A DNA stretch of 64,000 nucleotides from Lama glama. Its lineage: Eukaryota. Position 1 is the first letter of the stretch, and each line of letters starts with the position of its first letter. Under the pieces are notes generated by a model. It ran no database searches, was not told the DNA's origin, and worked only from the letters and a program-made list of their open reading frames with translations. Shown here one piece after another: positions 36,850 to 49,800 of this stretch. The position numbers were made by a program, and so were the translations under genes. Location of the stretch: NCBI GenBank assembly GCA_028534125.1, contig CM052818.1, positions 5,520,001 to 5,584,000 on the forward strand, read 5' to 3'.

Positions 36850-37430
36850 GTTTGTACCACAGCTCCCACCGACAGCTAAGGAACCAGTTTGGCGTCTGGT
36901 TTGTCTGTTGTTTTACTGCTGACCTTCAAATCAACTTTAACCCCTGACCTCGGGAGGCATCTATCATGACAAGAGGCTGTTTAACACAAATGGTGCCCAT
37001 TTATAGGGGAAGAGGCTCAGAAGATTTCCTTTTTATGAAGAATTTAGTTTTTCACCCCTCTTTTCTCAGTCACCACAGGTGACATCCCTCTTAGCAGCTG
37101 GCTTGTGAAATGTGCAGGGAGGCCTTAATGAGCAGAAAGCACCCTCAGCTGGAGATAAATATATGCAAATGAGATGCACAAACAAAGGAGCCCGGACAGA
37201 GAAATATCTGCAATTCCAGCAAAAGGCTGCCTGCAAGCTCGAAGATGAACAGCTTTGATAAAATGGTAACAAAAAGCACCTTTTTATTCTCCAGCGTGTT
37301 TTACATTGCAATAGGCCATTGTCATTGCAAACCAGTGGAGCACGCAGGGGTTTTTCTGCCCTGTTTCAGAAAACTGTTTAAACATTTGTTTTAAGGCATT
37401 CATGAAATATAATCAATGGACTGCTTCTGT
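36850..37430. promoter_or_regulatory. Candidate enhancer with POU and SOX motifs
   Basis: ATGCAAAT (37163-37170), AACAAAG (37181-37187) and cattgtcattgcaaa (37317-37331), in repeat-free context. Confidence 0.45.
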
Positions 37431-40400
37431 AGGGTGGTTGTGATTTTTTTTTTCCTCTTTTCCCTGAGTATGTTTGAGATGTTACTGTGGTTATTTTACC
37501 TGTTGGTCTTTTCATGGTTTACTATTGCTGTCTCTCTGTGCTGGATCACATTTTAGGTGATGGTTTCTTCCACTGGCCCGATGATTTTTTTTTTCCTTTT
37601 TGTAAATTTAAATGAAAAGAGACGTCACGTTAGGAAGTAGGAAGAATCGGCCTGAGAAAGGGTTTGAACCATCACAGAGCAGCGCCCAAACAACTAGTTT
37701 TAATGAGGGCAATTCAGTGTGTTAGAGCTAATTCAGAGACAGGCATGTAACATGCTGCTTTTAATAAGCTTTAAAAAGGCAATCTCTAACTTTTAAAAGT
37801 CTCTTTTTAATTTAATCGTCCTTGGTTCCTATGATGCCAAAACAAACAAAACCATTAAAATATGTTTTCAATATGTATCCGCGGCGTGATTTGATGGTGT
37901 TCTAAATTAGCATTGTAGTGGGAAAATATCGATTTGATGAGCTTTAAAAATGGAAAAGCTAAAATCATTAACCTATTTGGGGAGGGGGGGGAAGGAAACA
38001 TTTGTCTCTAAAAAGGAATGAAATCCCAGCCCCAAGATCTTGCCAGAAGAGTGGCTGGACCCATGACAGGGAAACTGCCGCATCTGAGCTTATGTAGAGT
38101 GTTTAGGTTAATAAACAAAGCAGTTAAGGTGAGAGATGAAACACTAGACACTTCACATGTGTCAAAATACTGTCTCTCGAAAAGCTCAGCAGTATTTGGT
38201 TCTTTCATTTGGAATCCAATCCTAGCATTCTGCCCTAGCAACGTAGGACGATCTTGAAATTTCCTTTACCTAAATTATTTCATCTTGGTAGCTTGGATTG
38301 GAGCGAAGACAGATCTTCGGAGTGCCGTGTAGCTTTCTCATTTTATGTGCATTTCATCAGGCAAATGTCACATTTGCTAATAACAAGAAAATCGCCTCAT
38401 TTTTAATCATGCCACTCCTGTTGCATGGATGGGGGGCGGTGGGGGGTGGGGAGCAGGGGATGAAGGAGGGACTATAAAGGCACTGAGCAGTCTGACCAAA
38501 GAGAAGAAGGAGAAAAGGCTTCTGGGGGAGCAGGGGAGGTTAAAATGACACAGGCTTGGTTATCTCCACATCTGCGTCGGTGCGTCATTAAAGTCAGACT
38601 TTCAGGAGTTAATAGAAACTTGGTGCTCTAAGGGATGCTTTTTCAAGTCCAGGTTTGCAGCAGCATAATTATGTTCAACTGCTGTTGTTTGGAAAGGGCA
38701 AACAGCATCTTAGGCACAGAACAATGAAATTACAGCTGAGATTTAGGGTAGCAAAAGCCGTCTTCTCTAGGCTTTTATGATTCATTATTTCCCATTAAAT
38801 ACAGTATTAGAAGTGTACACTAGATAGCTCATGGTTGCTGCTCTCGGAGCACATTATCTATATTACGCAGGTCTGGGGAGCAGAATTAGAAAACTTTGGG
38901 GGAATGAGCAATATGTGTTTGCTGATAGAAGTACCATATGGCTCATCTTCTTCAATTGCTTTCATTGCGACTCTGATGCTGGAGAAATTAAAGTTTTATT
39001 TGATGTGGCACAGCTTAATGAACTGTCTTCTGTTAGGAAAATTGAATATGTTTCCTGTTATTTGAGCACAGAGCCTCCATGGTTTGGCTGATGAGGGATG
39101 CATTATGTATTGTTTATTTAGCATTTTGAAAACAAAAGCAAGATATTGAAGGTAAAATTGATTACTGCTGGATTGCATTATATAATCAAGTTTTCTCCCT
39201 TTAATTTTCCCTTTACAATCCTTTCGTAATGTTTTCATATGAGAGCATTCCAGGTTTTTGTCTTTCGAAAGTATACCGAACTTGGTTGTTTTTTGTTTTT
39301 TGTTTTTTATCGAGATACTTTTATTTGTAAATAAGCCACAAAACTCTCAACCTAGTATTGCTATATTTATAAAGCAATAAAGTTGGAAGAATGATATTTA
39401 AGAAGGATGAAAATAATTCAATTTGTGTGAACCTAATGGCAGAACTTCCAGGGAGCCCCCACCGCAGTCGACTTTAAGAGAATTTCACATTTGCTAGTTG
39501 AAAGGGGATGTCATGTTCTTTTGTTTGAACTAGACCACTTAAGAGCAAGCTGGGTTGGGGCCTTATGAGAAGGAAGGAATTTTTGATATTCAGAAATACA
39601 GACCTCAGAATGTCAAGTTTTAGATGTTTGAGTTAGTTGTCAGTGAATAAAAAGCTGGACTCAACCTGTGAGTTTAAAAAAAAGAAGTGAAGTATATATT
39701 CTGTGAATTTAATTGTTGACTGAATAAATCTGATGAAAGAAAACATATACCAAAAAATCTACTTACATGATGAGAAAATGGAGAGGTCATCCATGGGAAT
39801 GCTTTTCTCTCCCTGAAGAATCTGCAAAGAGAGACGTTTAGCATTTTGTTTAATTTCCCCGGTTTTGTGCTGGATCGGATCATGTTTTAGAAATATAAAA
39901 TCTCAATGATCGTTAACAAGATGGAACATCAATTCATCTTATCACTGTGTTTCTTTCCTTTTCCAGTGAGAACTAGTCCTCACATGGTCTGATGACTCGG
40001 GCACGTCAGATCTGCAACAAGCAACTGGGATTAAAAAAAAAAAACAGTTAAAATGAATCAACATTTATCTGGAATATTCTGTCTTAACCTAAAAAAAAAA
40101 AAAGGTCATTTATCTTCCGTGTCCTGTGATGTTTTGAGGATTCTGGCAAATGTGGCAGCTATACAAACTTCTCTCATAATCTAAATACTGTCTGTTCAAG
40201 AGAGGCTTCCAATGTTTACAGCCCATAAGTAAAGGAAAAAAAAAAATCCCTGGTATTGAACCAAGAATAGTGCTCTTGAAAATGTCTTCGAGCAAAGTGT
40301 TTAAGCAAAACTTTGGCCACAGATATTTTCAGTTCCTCATCCTTCTGTTTTTTTTTTTTTCAATGAAGTATTTTCCTATTCCATCCTGTCACTCCTTGTC

Positions 40401-40539
40401 TTGAAATTAACGCATTCGTTAAAAAAAATAAAATAAAATTAACGCCTGACTAGTGACCTGGTCACACAAACTTCCTTTAGAGACAGTTAAGAAGAAAACC
40501 TCACATTTTTATGAACCCCCATCTCCTGCCAGGGGCCTC

Positions 40540-41100
40540 GGAGGAGGAACACCATTATGCATTGTTATCAGCGTGGTGTAATTTGACTGTTGACAGAGTA
40601 TCCGTGGCAGTGAGAATGAGCCCAGTTAGAAGTGCGGCGGGTTGTAATCAAGAAGATGCTTAGCTGTGCAACACTGCATCTTGAGCAGATTTGAATCAAC
40701 ATTGCCTTAAGGGGACACACACACACACACCCAAAAAGGAAAAAAAAAATCCATTAATTTTTAGAGGGACAATTAGAGTGGCACTTGATGAAGTGAAATT
40801 TGACATGCGTTAATTGCTCCGCAGCTCCCCTAATTAGAGATTTTCAAATTCTTTTACTGCTGTCACCGTGATAGCACATTGTCTTGCTGGACAAATACTG
40901 AAATTGCAAATTCGTCTGATCAGGAAGTTTTACAGAGGAAGACTGGATGGTATCCTCGGGTCTCCTTCCAAAAGGTGACCAGCTGGAGAGGTGCTCAGCT
41001 TTACCTTCAGCCCAGATACACACAGGCTGATTAAAAATAGTTTCATTATGAGACAAAGCAAAGGAAGCAGGTGCGGTTGTGATTTTCTTAAACAGACAAA
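40540..41100. promoter_or_regulatory. Candidate conserved non-coding element/enhancer
   Basis: Complex non-repetitive sequence dense in TAAT/ATTA cores (ccattaattt, acaattag, cgttaattg, cctaattag) and TGACA motifs. Conservation is inferred, not measured. Confidence 0.45.
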
Positions 41101-41439
41101 AAGGTTCCTCTGGTGCTGGTGACTGTTTCTGATAAACTATTTCAGGAGGAGGGAAAAAAAGGCCAGTGAGATGCTCCACTATCTACGCATTCTCGTAATT
41201 CTACTTACATTCTTCAGAAATTGGAGAGAGGCGGATTTTTGAAAGGATGTGTCACGTTTTGCCCAGGTCTGAAGTCCAAGGCAAACAGTACCCCTGATCC
41301 TCTTCTTATCTGAAAGTAATTATTCTGCTGTTTGGCCCCCAGGACGGCACCCAATATGATCCGATAATAATTTTGGTTTCCCTTTTTCAACCCCTCTTGT
41401 CTAGCCCTTGAACCCCTCTTAATTCATTAACATGCTGAA

Positions 41440-42130
41440 TTTTTTCAATTTTCCATTTTCTTGCAATAACAATATTAATGCCAGGGTGAAGGCTTGATTG
41501 GAGCTAAATTACTTGTTACCTGCTGGCATTTATTTATATGGCATTGAATTATAAAGCTTTGCTATTGTCACGCCTTGGGCGAATTGTTTATGACACCAGT
41601 AATAGGAGTAATTGTTATTGTTGAAATTACCTGTCAGCTACCCATAGCAGTGGCCCTTGTCCCACTGACAAATAGTGACAAGGGAGAGGTATCCTCCATG
41701 CGTCCCCCTGATGGCTTCTCCTCTGATAATAAGAAGTGCAGGGCCTCTGATAATTTGCCTGTCACTGTTGAGTGCAGCTCAGAGAGAGTTGGCCAAATTG
41801 TTGTCATTCACTTTGACAAAGACCGCGAAAGGCTCCCCGTGCAGGGGCAGGATTATCAAAATAAATGAAATCGCTTACACCCCCTTTGTTTGTTTGGCTC
41901 CAGAATTGCCTGGCTTTTGTATGAGGTTGTGAAACGAGGGTCCAGTTCTTCTGGCTATACTGCTGTTCATTCTAAGAAGAGGACCGCAGGCAAGAGAAGG
42001 CATTTTATTTATAAGACTCCCTGTTTTGCCATTCGCATTGGTTACTAAAAACATCATATTCAGATATAATAAAGAGAAAGTCGATCAAATTGTAACAAGA
42101 AGTCTGAGCATGTGGTGGAATCCTTTCGTT
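41440..42130. promoter_or_regulatory. Candidate enhancer with a homotypic TALE (MEIS/PKNOX/TGIF) TGACA cluster
   Basis: Eight TGACA/TGTCA sites lie within 41566-41818, plus a duplicated cctctgataat. Confidence 0.5.
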
Positions 42131-45100
42131 TAAAGCACACATAAAACTCACCCCCTTTTCTCTCCTGCCTTCCTTTTCTCCCTCTTTTTTTTTGACCACG
42201 CAGGCATTCAAATTCAATAGGCGTTTTGAAAAGGCACAGATCTCCCCACTGCAATCAAGTTTTTCTCCAAAAGTGTAGAAATCTGCATCTCTGACTCTTA
42301 AAGCCTTAAAAGATTATACGGTCAAATTTAGGATTATTATTTCAAATTGCTGTCTCCTTTCCATAAATTATCTTTTATGTATATAATATCTTCATGTGTA
42401 AAGAGAGAAATGAGACGTAGTTCCAGGTATGAAGCATCAATTATCACAGGCTAACAGAGGAAGCAAAATGACTCTGTTATTGCCAGAGCTCAAATATAAA
42501 TATTTGCATTTTAAAACCCCCGTTGGTTGCAGCCTGTGAACCTGTCACAGAGGAGAAAAGGGGACAGGAGAGTGGGGGATGGTGTCTGGGAGTCTCCACA
42601 TCTGAAAGATTTGGACTTTAAAGTAATCAAATCTTTGCTCTTGGAAAAAACCAAAATGATTCTCACCATTTCATATAAAGGCATCATTTCACGCTACGAA
42701 AATTCTTATTTTTAAGGGGCCTGTGAGGGTACTGCGCATAGGTCTTCTTGACAAATACTTGCTGTTATAAGAAGTTGCAAAGAAAGGAGGGAGAAATAAC
42801 TAGGGTAAGTGTAAAATACTGGCTCCTTATAGGATAGTAATCAGCTGTTTATTGGTGTCTTGCAGACAGGTAACGACCAAGCCCTGTGTTAAGTGCCAGC
42901 AATGTTGCCCTGGGCCCTTCCCTTCCTAACACCGGCCATTATCTGATTAGAGAACCTCCAAAGAAGTCAGTATTGCATAATTTTATGGGTCTTCACAGCG
43001 CAGGTTGGCTGGCAGGAAGTCTGCCTAGGAGAGTTGATAAAGCAACAGTGAAACGAGGTTTTATTTACTCCGCTTACACTTTGTTCTCTGAAAGAATCTG
43101 AGTATCTCAGACGTTGGTGGCTGCAGAAGACACCTAAAAAGGGTTCAAAGAGGAATTGTGGGAGAGGTCGGGGAGACAGCAGGGGTGGGGAGACAGGAGA
43201 AGTAAAATGATCTATCCCTTAGAGCTTTTCGTGGGCTGCCCAGTTTGAGGTAATTAACAACACTGTTCCGGGCATCTGGACCTGGTCTTTGGTGCTTTGT
43301 ATTTAAAGCAGGTAAGTTTTTAGCAGTGCTGAAATCATATGTGCAATAATATGATGATAAGAATAAAAGGAGTTTCTAATTCTTAATAATAATAATAATA
43401 AGTTAGTCTTCTAAAGGCAACCCACTCGCGGGTTAACCGTGTTGAATGTCCCCAATTAACAAGTGGAAGGCAGTGACATAATTAAGAGGTTATCTGGAGT
43501 CATAAAAATGCTCCGACCTGTCTTGGAATGTGATTCCTTTACCAGATAATTTTTAAGAATGTAGCATGTCCTCGCTTTCTCTGTCGAGACCCACGTTAGT
43601 GATCCCAGGAGAGGAAATAAACATACGTTTTTAAATGAAGATATTTAAAATGCACCCCATATTTCAGCGTGTTGCTGTAACCTGGTCTTTTTTATGTTCT
43701 TCCTATAAAACCTAAATTAAGCCTCTCAGGAGTGGTTTTGCTGTAGGTTTCGTCTAAAAACACAATACATTTTAAATGGTTCCAGGACTCGCGTAGACTT
43801 TAGCGTGTAATCACTAATGTGCGTTCTCTTCCCTTCTCTTCCAAGCAGCAGCTCTTCTAAAAGGATGGGGCTTCTTTAAAATTTAGCTTCATTGGAAATG
43901 GAAACTTTTAACAAACAGTAATTGCTCCTGTAGCTCTATTGATGAAGTGACTAGCAGCAAACCTTTTCTTTTCTCCCCACCCCGCCTCCACACCACCTTC
44001 TCCTGTAACATTTTGAAACACCCATCAGTGTCAAAGGAAACTGCACACATCTCCTTGGCTGCTCTAAATAAGGCTGAGCAATGTTAAGAAAAATGTCAGA
44101 AAGAGCTCAGTGGATTAAAGTAACATTTCTGCACCATGTCACGGAGAATGGCAGGGCAGACTGGTCTGCATAATTCTGAAAGATATTTTGTGTAAAATGC
44201 TTACTCTATAAACGGAATGAAATTTTATTTGGAAAGATTTAAGATGGTATTTGATCACATTATAACATTCAGTTGTTTTTCTAAATCTTGTTATTCCTCA
44301 ATATGCCTTTGGTATGTGTTTTTAAAATTAGAACAGAAATATACTCTTCTTTTGGTAGACTGTTTCTCCACCCCTGTGCAGCGTTAAGATACATTTCAAA
44401 CTCTTCAATGCATTTTTCTTTTCTTTCTAAAATTCCTAGGATGTTCATTCAGTGGAAGCAGTAAAAACGCTGGGCTCTTACACATGCAAATTCATTGAAC
44501 AAATCAGTCCCTTTTCCCCCCACAAAATAAAATTTGTATATAGCTTTGGAGATTTTCAGCTCAGTTCATTTAGTGATGTATAAAAAATATAAACCATTTA
44601 CATTTCATTCATGTATTGAAAATAAATGACTAGCTTGAGGTTTTTAGTTTGTTTTGTTCTGTTTTTCTGAAGAGTATTCAATAACTACAAAAGAGTACAA
44701 TGGTGGTTAAACATCCCACAGTATCATAAATAGGTAATTAAAACTTAGCAATTAAAAGAAGAAAATATCTTCCAAATTCAAAACTAGATACCAACAGACA
44801 TGGCAAGATTAGTTTCACAGAAACAAGGTCCATCTCAGCTGATTTTAAATATAAACTTTTTCAAAACAGGTTAAAAATGAATTTAGACAAATTTGTCTCT
44901 TAACCTTTAAAGATTTCCTGCCCGTTTCTGTATGTCCTATATTACATTAATTTTTTATTTAAATTACACCATTAACTGGATATGAATTTATCAAGAATAC
45001 ATGTATTGATTTATAAAACAGTACCATTAATTATTATAATAGCTAGATGTAGCTGATATTACAAAGCCATTTAAAGGTTTTTAATATAACTTGGACATAC

Positions 45101-46769
45101 ATAGATAGATAGACATTATAGACAAGACTACAATTTAAACTGGCTACCAGCAGTTAATGAAATCCTTGATTTATATTCTAGTTTAGAGATTGATTATATT
45201 GTTGCTTTGTAAAACTATTTATATTATGCCATTTTTCAAAGGATGTCTCAATAAAAAAGCTAAATAAAATATTCAGTCAATTCCCAAAGCAGATTTTGTT
45301 TTCTATATTTTAAATGCTAGTGAAAATAATTGATAGTGTGTGTTCCAAGCTTTGTCATTTCCATTCCAGAGGTGGCTTTCCTGATGGGAGACTCGTTTGC
45401 AATGCACACTTTCACACACTCTTGATCCTTGCAGAAACAAACCCTTTCTCTTTATTTCTTTACCTCCCCTCCAACCCCTCCCCAACTCCAACGAACCCAT
45501 GTATATTTCACAAAACCCGCACATCAGGACACATAAGTCTTTTTGGCATCTTTTATGTTATGCATTTTTTTTTTCTTAAGGTTGTGGAAAACTGGGACTT
45601 ACCCCAAAGCCGCAAAGCAGGCAATCACGAAGAGTATTTGGGTAAGAATGCAATCTGAAGAGAAAAAAAGAAAAATGAGGTAGAAGATAAGCAAATAACA
45701 GTAACACTTTCAAATTACTTTTCAAATGGTAATTAGCCAACGAATAGATTGCAAGTTAACTTCTTTTCACATTGTACTTGGTTTGGGTCTCCTAGTCTCT
45801 TTATTTATATCACTTTTCCTTGCCTGGCAACATATGTTACCGATTTATTATAGTATTTTTACTGTTAGCAGACAAATCTAAAGGCTAGCTGAGAAGGCTA
45901 GCTTCATCTGATGACTTTAACAACAACTGCAGGGCATCCTTGAGGGTGAGCCAATAGGCTCTTTTGAAGCTATAATACTATTAACCATTTTGATGCCGAA
46001 GTATTTCTTATAACTAAAGTTGGCTCTGTCTTTGTAGGCGCTCTGGGTTTTACAACTACAAAAGTTAAATGTAAATGATTTGTTTTGTAAATATTTCAAT
46101 AGCCTTCGAAGCACTTTCTTCCATGTGTCTTAAGTTCCCTAAAAGCCATATGAATGCTGTGGTTTCTTTATTTCCCTTTCTTTTACAGGACACTGAAATC
46201 TGGGCACACAATGGTAAGTAAACAGCTATCAAGCATCAAGTTAAGTTGTCACTTCACCCTCCCCCATGCCATTAATTTTCTGCTATGCTATTAAAAGAAA
46301 CAAATATCCTTTAGAGTTTCAATGACCACATCTCTCTGATATATGGACAGCCCAGAAAAGTAAAGTTCAAGTGAGATTCTTTTTTTGGCTAAGAATCTGA
46401 AATTGCTTTCCAAATTAGAGATGCCATATATTATGACCATTTTAATGGATACGTAACAGTAGCCAAAACTTTATGTCTATTAATATGTACACGTGAAGAT
46501 GTCTGTTTCAGAGCTGCATTTGTTGACTGAAAGTATTCACTTTAAAGTTGCCAAATAACAAACTTCCATTTTTGATCATCTGTAATTTATTTCAGTGCAA
46601 ACTGTCTAGTCATTTTAACTTAAAATGTCATTTATAAACGATCTCTTTTTCCACTTAAATGTCTTATGTGGATTTCACTTACAATTTCAGGTAGATTTTC
46701 TAGAAATTCTCTTACGTATGCACGGCTTGAAAATTTGGAAATTAAATCTTAAATATTGAAAGCCAGTAC

Positions 46770-46810
46770 TCTTTTTTTAATTGTAGTTGATTTACTATGT
46801 TGTGTTAATC
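46770..46810 (-). mobile_element. Very short L1 3' terminus
   Basis: ttttttaattgtagttgatttactatgttgtgttaat is the reverse of the L1 end seen at 32760-32800. Confidence 0.55.
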
Positions 46811-49800
46811 AGCACATATATGTGGCTTTCCCTGAAAGCCAGTATTTCTTATCTACAAGGTCCAGCTCATCAACTAAAATTTACCATAATCTTGCTATTA
46901 GAATTCAGCCAATGAAACTGAGATATTCATGGCAGCACTTAGGGGCCTGACTGTGAAAAAAGTGAATTTTGAGGTCCCGGGATGCGCCCTGTACTCCTGG
47001 GATGCAGAAGGCGCTAAGACATACTGTCTGTATAAACATATCTAGGATAAGGGATTCTGTCTGCAAATCATAGCAATGCTTCTGCTCTCCAACACACATA
47101 AGAATACAAGATCATACTTGGTTTTAGGACACTTGCAAAATTGCAAACTTTGCCTTCAGAACAGGTAGCGAAATAACCACCAGCCATCTAACCATTCACC
47201 TGATTCTAAAATTTTCATTTAAGTTCTCAAATACTTATCACTTGTACTTCGATATACTTTTCAAAATTGTATTTTAATATTAACTATAATGACCCCATCA
47301 AAATGAGAAGAAAATTTTATATTTATACATATATAGGTACACAGTTTCATCCTAGTCTAATTGAGGATCATGTCTAAGTTGGCTTATTGTTTATATCTAT
47401 TATCAGATAATTACTGTATTTATTTCTTTGTCCCCAGGTGTCATCTTATGGTGACAGTGAGTAATTTTAGATCAAAAGCAATTATGATAAAAAGGATTTC
47501 AGCTTCAGAGAATGAGGCTAGCTTTCCAAAGGCATAAATGCACAGCAATTCCAAAAATGCCCATATGCAGGGCTATGGTTACTGCTGGTCCTGTCATTCC
47601 ATGAATGAACCATCTTATAAATGTGCTGATTAGAAAAAGCGCATTTTTAAATATTAATTTTCTTGGAAAGATTAATGGAGACAAAGCTGTTGGTGGTTCT
47701 CAAGTTTCCTTCTTCTAAAAACAAAAATTATATTCTTGAACCCAAATTGAATCTCCAGCAGAGTTTTATCCCCATATTTGGAAGCAGACCAACTGTGGAC
47801 ACAGGGCTCCACACTCCATGTTGCTTCATGCTGGGCTTCAAGTTCTTGGAGACCAGGCCCTGTGCTCTGGGATACAGTGCTCTCACTAGACGGGTTGGGC
47901 TGGACTCTCCCTTCTCTGCTTCCCTTAATCTGCGCCCCCCCCATACCTACCGCATTCTCTCACTCTCCTCCACCTTAAAGCAGGTGCCTTTTAAGGGCCT
48001 GAATCTAAAGATGGAATTTCCTCTGGCTTCCCAGCTCAGGCTCTGTCATTACTGTTCTGTGATAGATCTAAACGGCCCTTCCAGCGACTAGTCTGAGCCT
48101 AAGCCGGGATCCCCACTTTCCTGTTGTTCCTTCACCTCTATCCCGACCTCCAAGGGCCACCCCCCTGCTTTCTGTTTTGTTCATCACCTCTGTTTCTTTC
48201 CCCTCCCCGTTTCTGACCTGCACTTTTTCTGGATCAGACACAGGCAGGTTGAGAGGTAATGAGAACCAGATGGACAGAGCGCAGAAATTGCCCAAATGGG
48301 TATGAGAATGTGGGGAGCTGTCAGGCATGGAGAGAAGCTGGAATTTTTCAGCAATAAAATGGGATTTATCGCCACTCTACCACAGTCATTGCCGACAACC
48401 GTTTACCTTGACAGAAACCCCATTCCAATAGGCCACGCCGATGCAGATTCTTTTTTTCCCAAAGAGTGATGATTGGTATTTGTTCTAAGGCTCAAATGGC
48501 CTGCACTAAAGGTGAAGCATTAGGGCCAAAGTCCTGTATTCCCCACTGAGGCAAATGAACCTGCTAAAATAAGTTCCTTCCACAATGGCTCTGTAATTGA
48601 AACCAGAAAGTCAGAGAATTTGATAAATTGCTTGACCCTGAAGGAATGTTAAGGTCATAAATTTTCATTGCATTTTTCCCCCCTCTCTCTCTTTTTCTTT
48701 TTAATTTTTATCTATTGATTATACTTAGTATTTGCTTCGAAATTCAACAAGCTTACAGATCATTGGTTGTGGCCCCAGGGGAGAGCACCGTAAATCATCA
48801 ATTAAGAGGGTGGGGGGCATTCTCCCCTCATCTTCCAAAGAGGAATGTCACCTCCTCAGTATTCCAAGGACAGTCATGAAAGTCATGAAGGTGTCTTACA
48901 TCTCAGAATGATTCCAACTTAGCACGCAATTTGTCCTGCCGTGGACAAAGTAAAATCCACAGGAAAGATTTTTCTCAGAAGGGGGCTGCTACACGTCTCT
49001 TATTTAAGAATGATGAACTGTTAAGAGGCTGGCGATCCGTTCACAGCCATCACATCCACATCCCTTCCCCCTCTCCCCAACCTAAAAATAAGAACAATTG
49101 TATTTTAGTTAAAAACCGTGATCCTCTTTTTCAGGTAAATTGACAGTGTGGCTGTGTTCATGCGCTTGAAAGCATCCGTGCTTCTGAATGCTGGTTTTGG
49201 CAAGTCTACTTTGAAATTTCTCAAACTTACTTTTTAAAAATCTGGATGATCTTAATGGGGAAATAAAACGTAGGTCATAAAAACCGTCCAAGCCGCATGT
49301 TACATAATATAAAATAGACGAAAATACTAAAGTCATCACATAGTAGCAAATTTCTACACATCTGGCTTCAAGGCTTTACTTGTTTTTCTAAAAAGTGAAT
49401 GACTGAAGCTTGCCAGCATTTTAATTTAGCCGTATTTTCTGCCGATTGTGTATAGTGCTATGATATGAAGATGTATATACTCTCAACCTGAAGCAGGTTA
49501 AATAATTTCTTAATAGCCAAAACTTCTTGTCCTTGAAAATTTTTAAGAACAACCTACTTCCTTGGTATTTGCGTTCTTGGCTCGTTCCCGCGGTTAAATA
49601 AAATCAGAAGTATTTGATCAGTAACGTTTAAATTTTATGTTCAGAATTTTCAGAATTCAGGAGACCCCAAATGGGACACAGGGCAGAATTCCTTATTGAC
49701 TATTGGGACAGTTTCTCTAATTTTGGAAAGATTCATGCTGATTCCTTTTTAATTATTAATTATCAATTTATAGATTGACACCAGCACTAGCTCTAGAATG

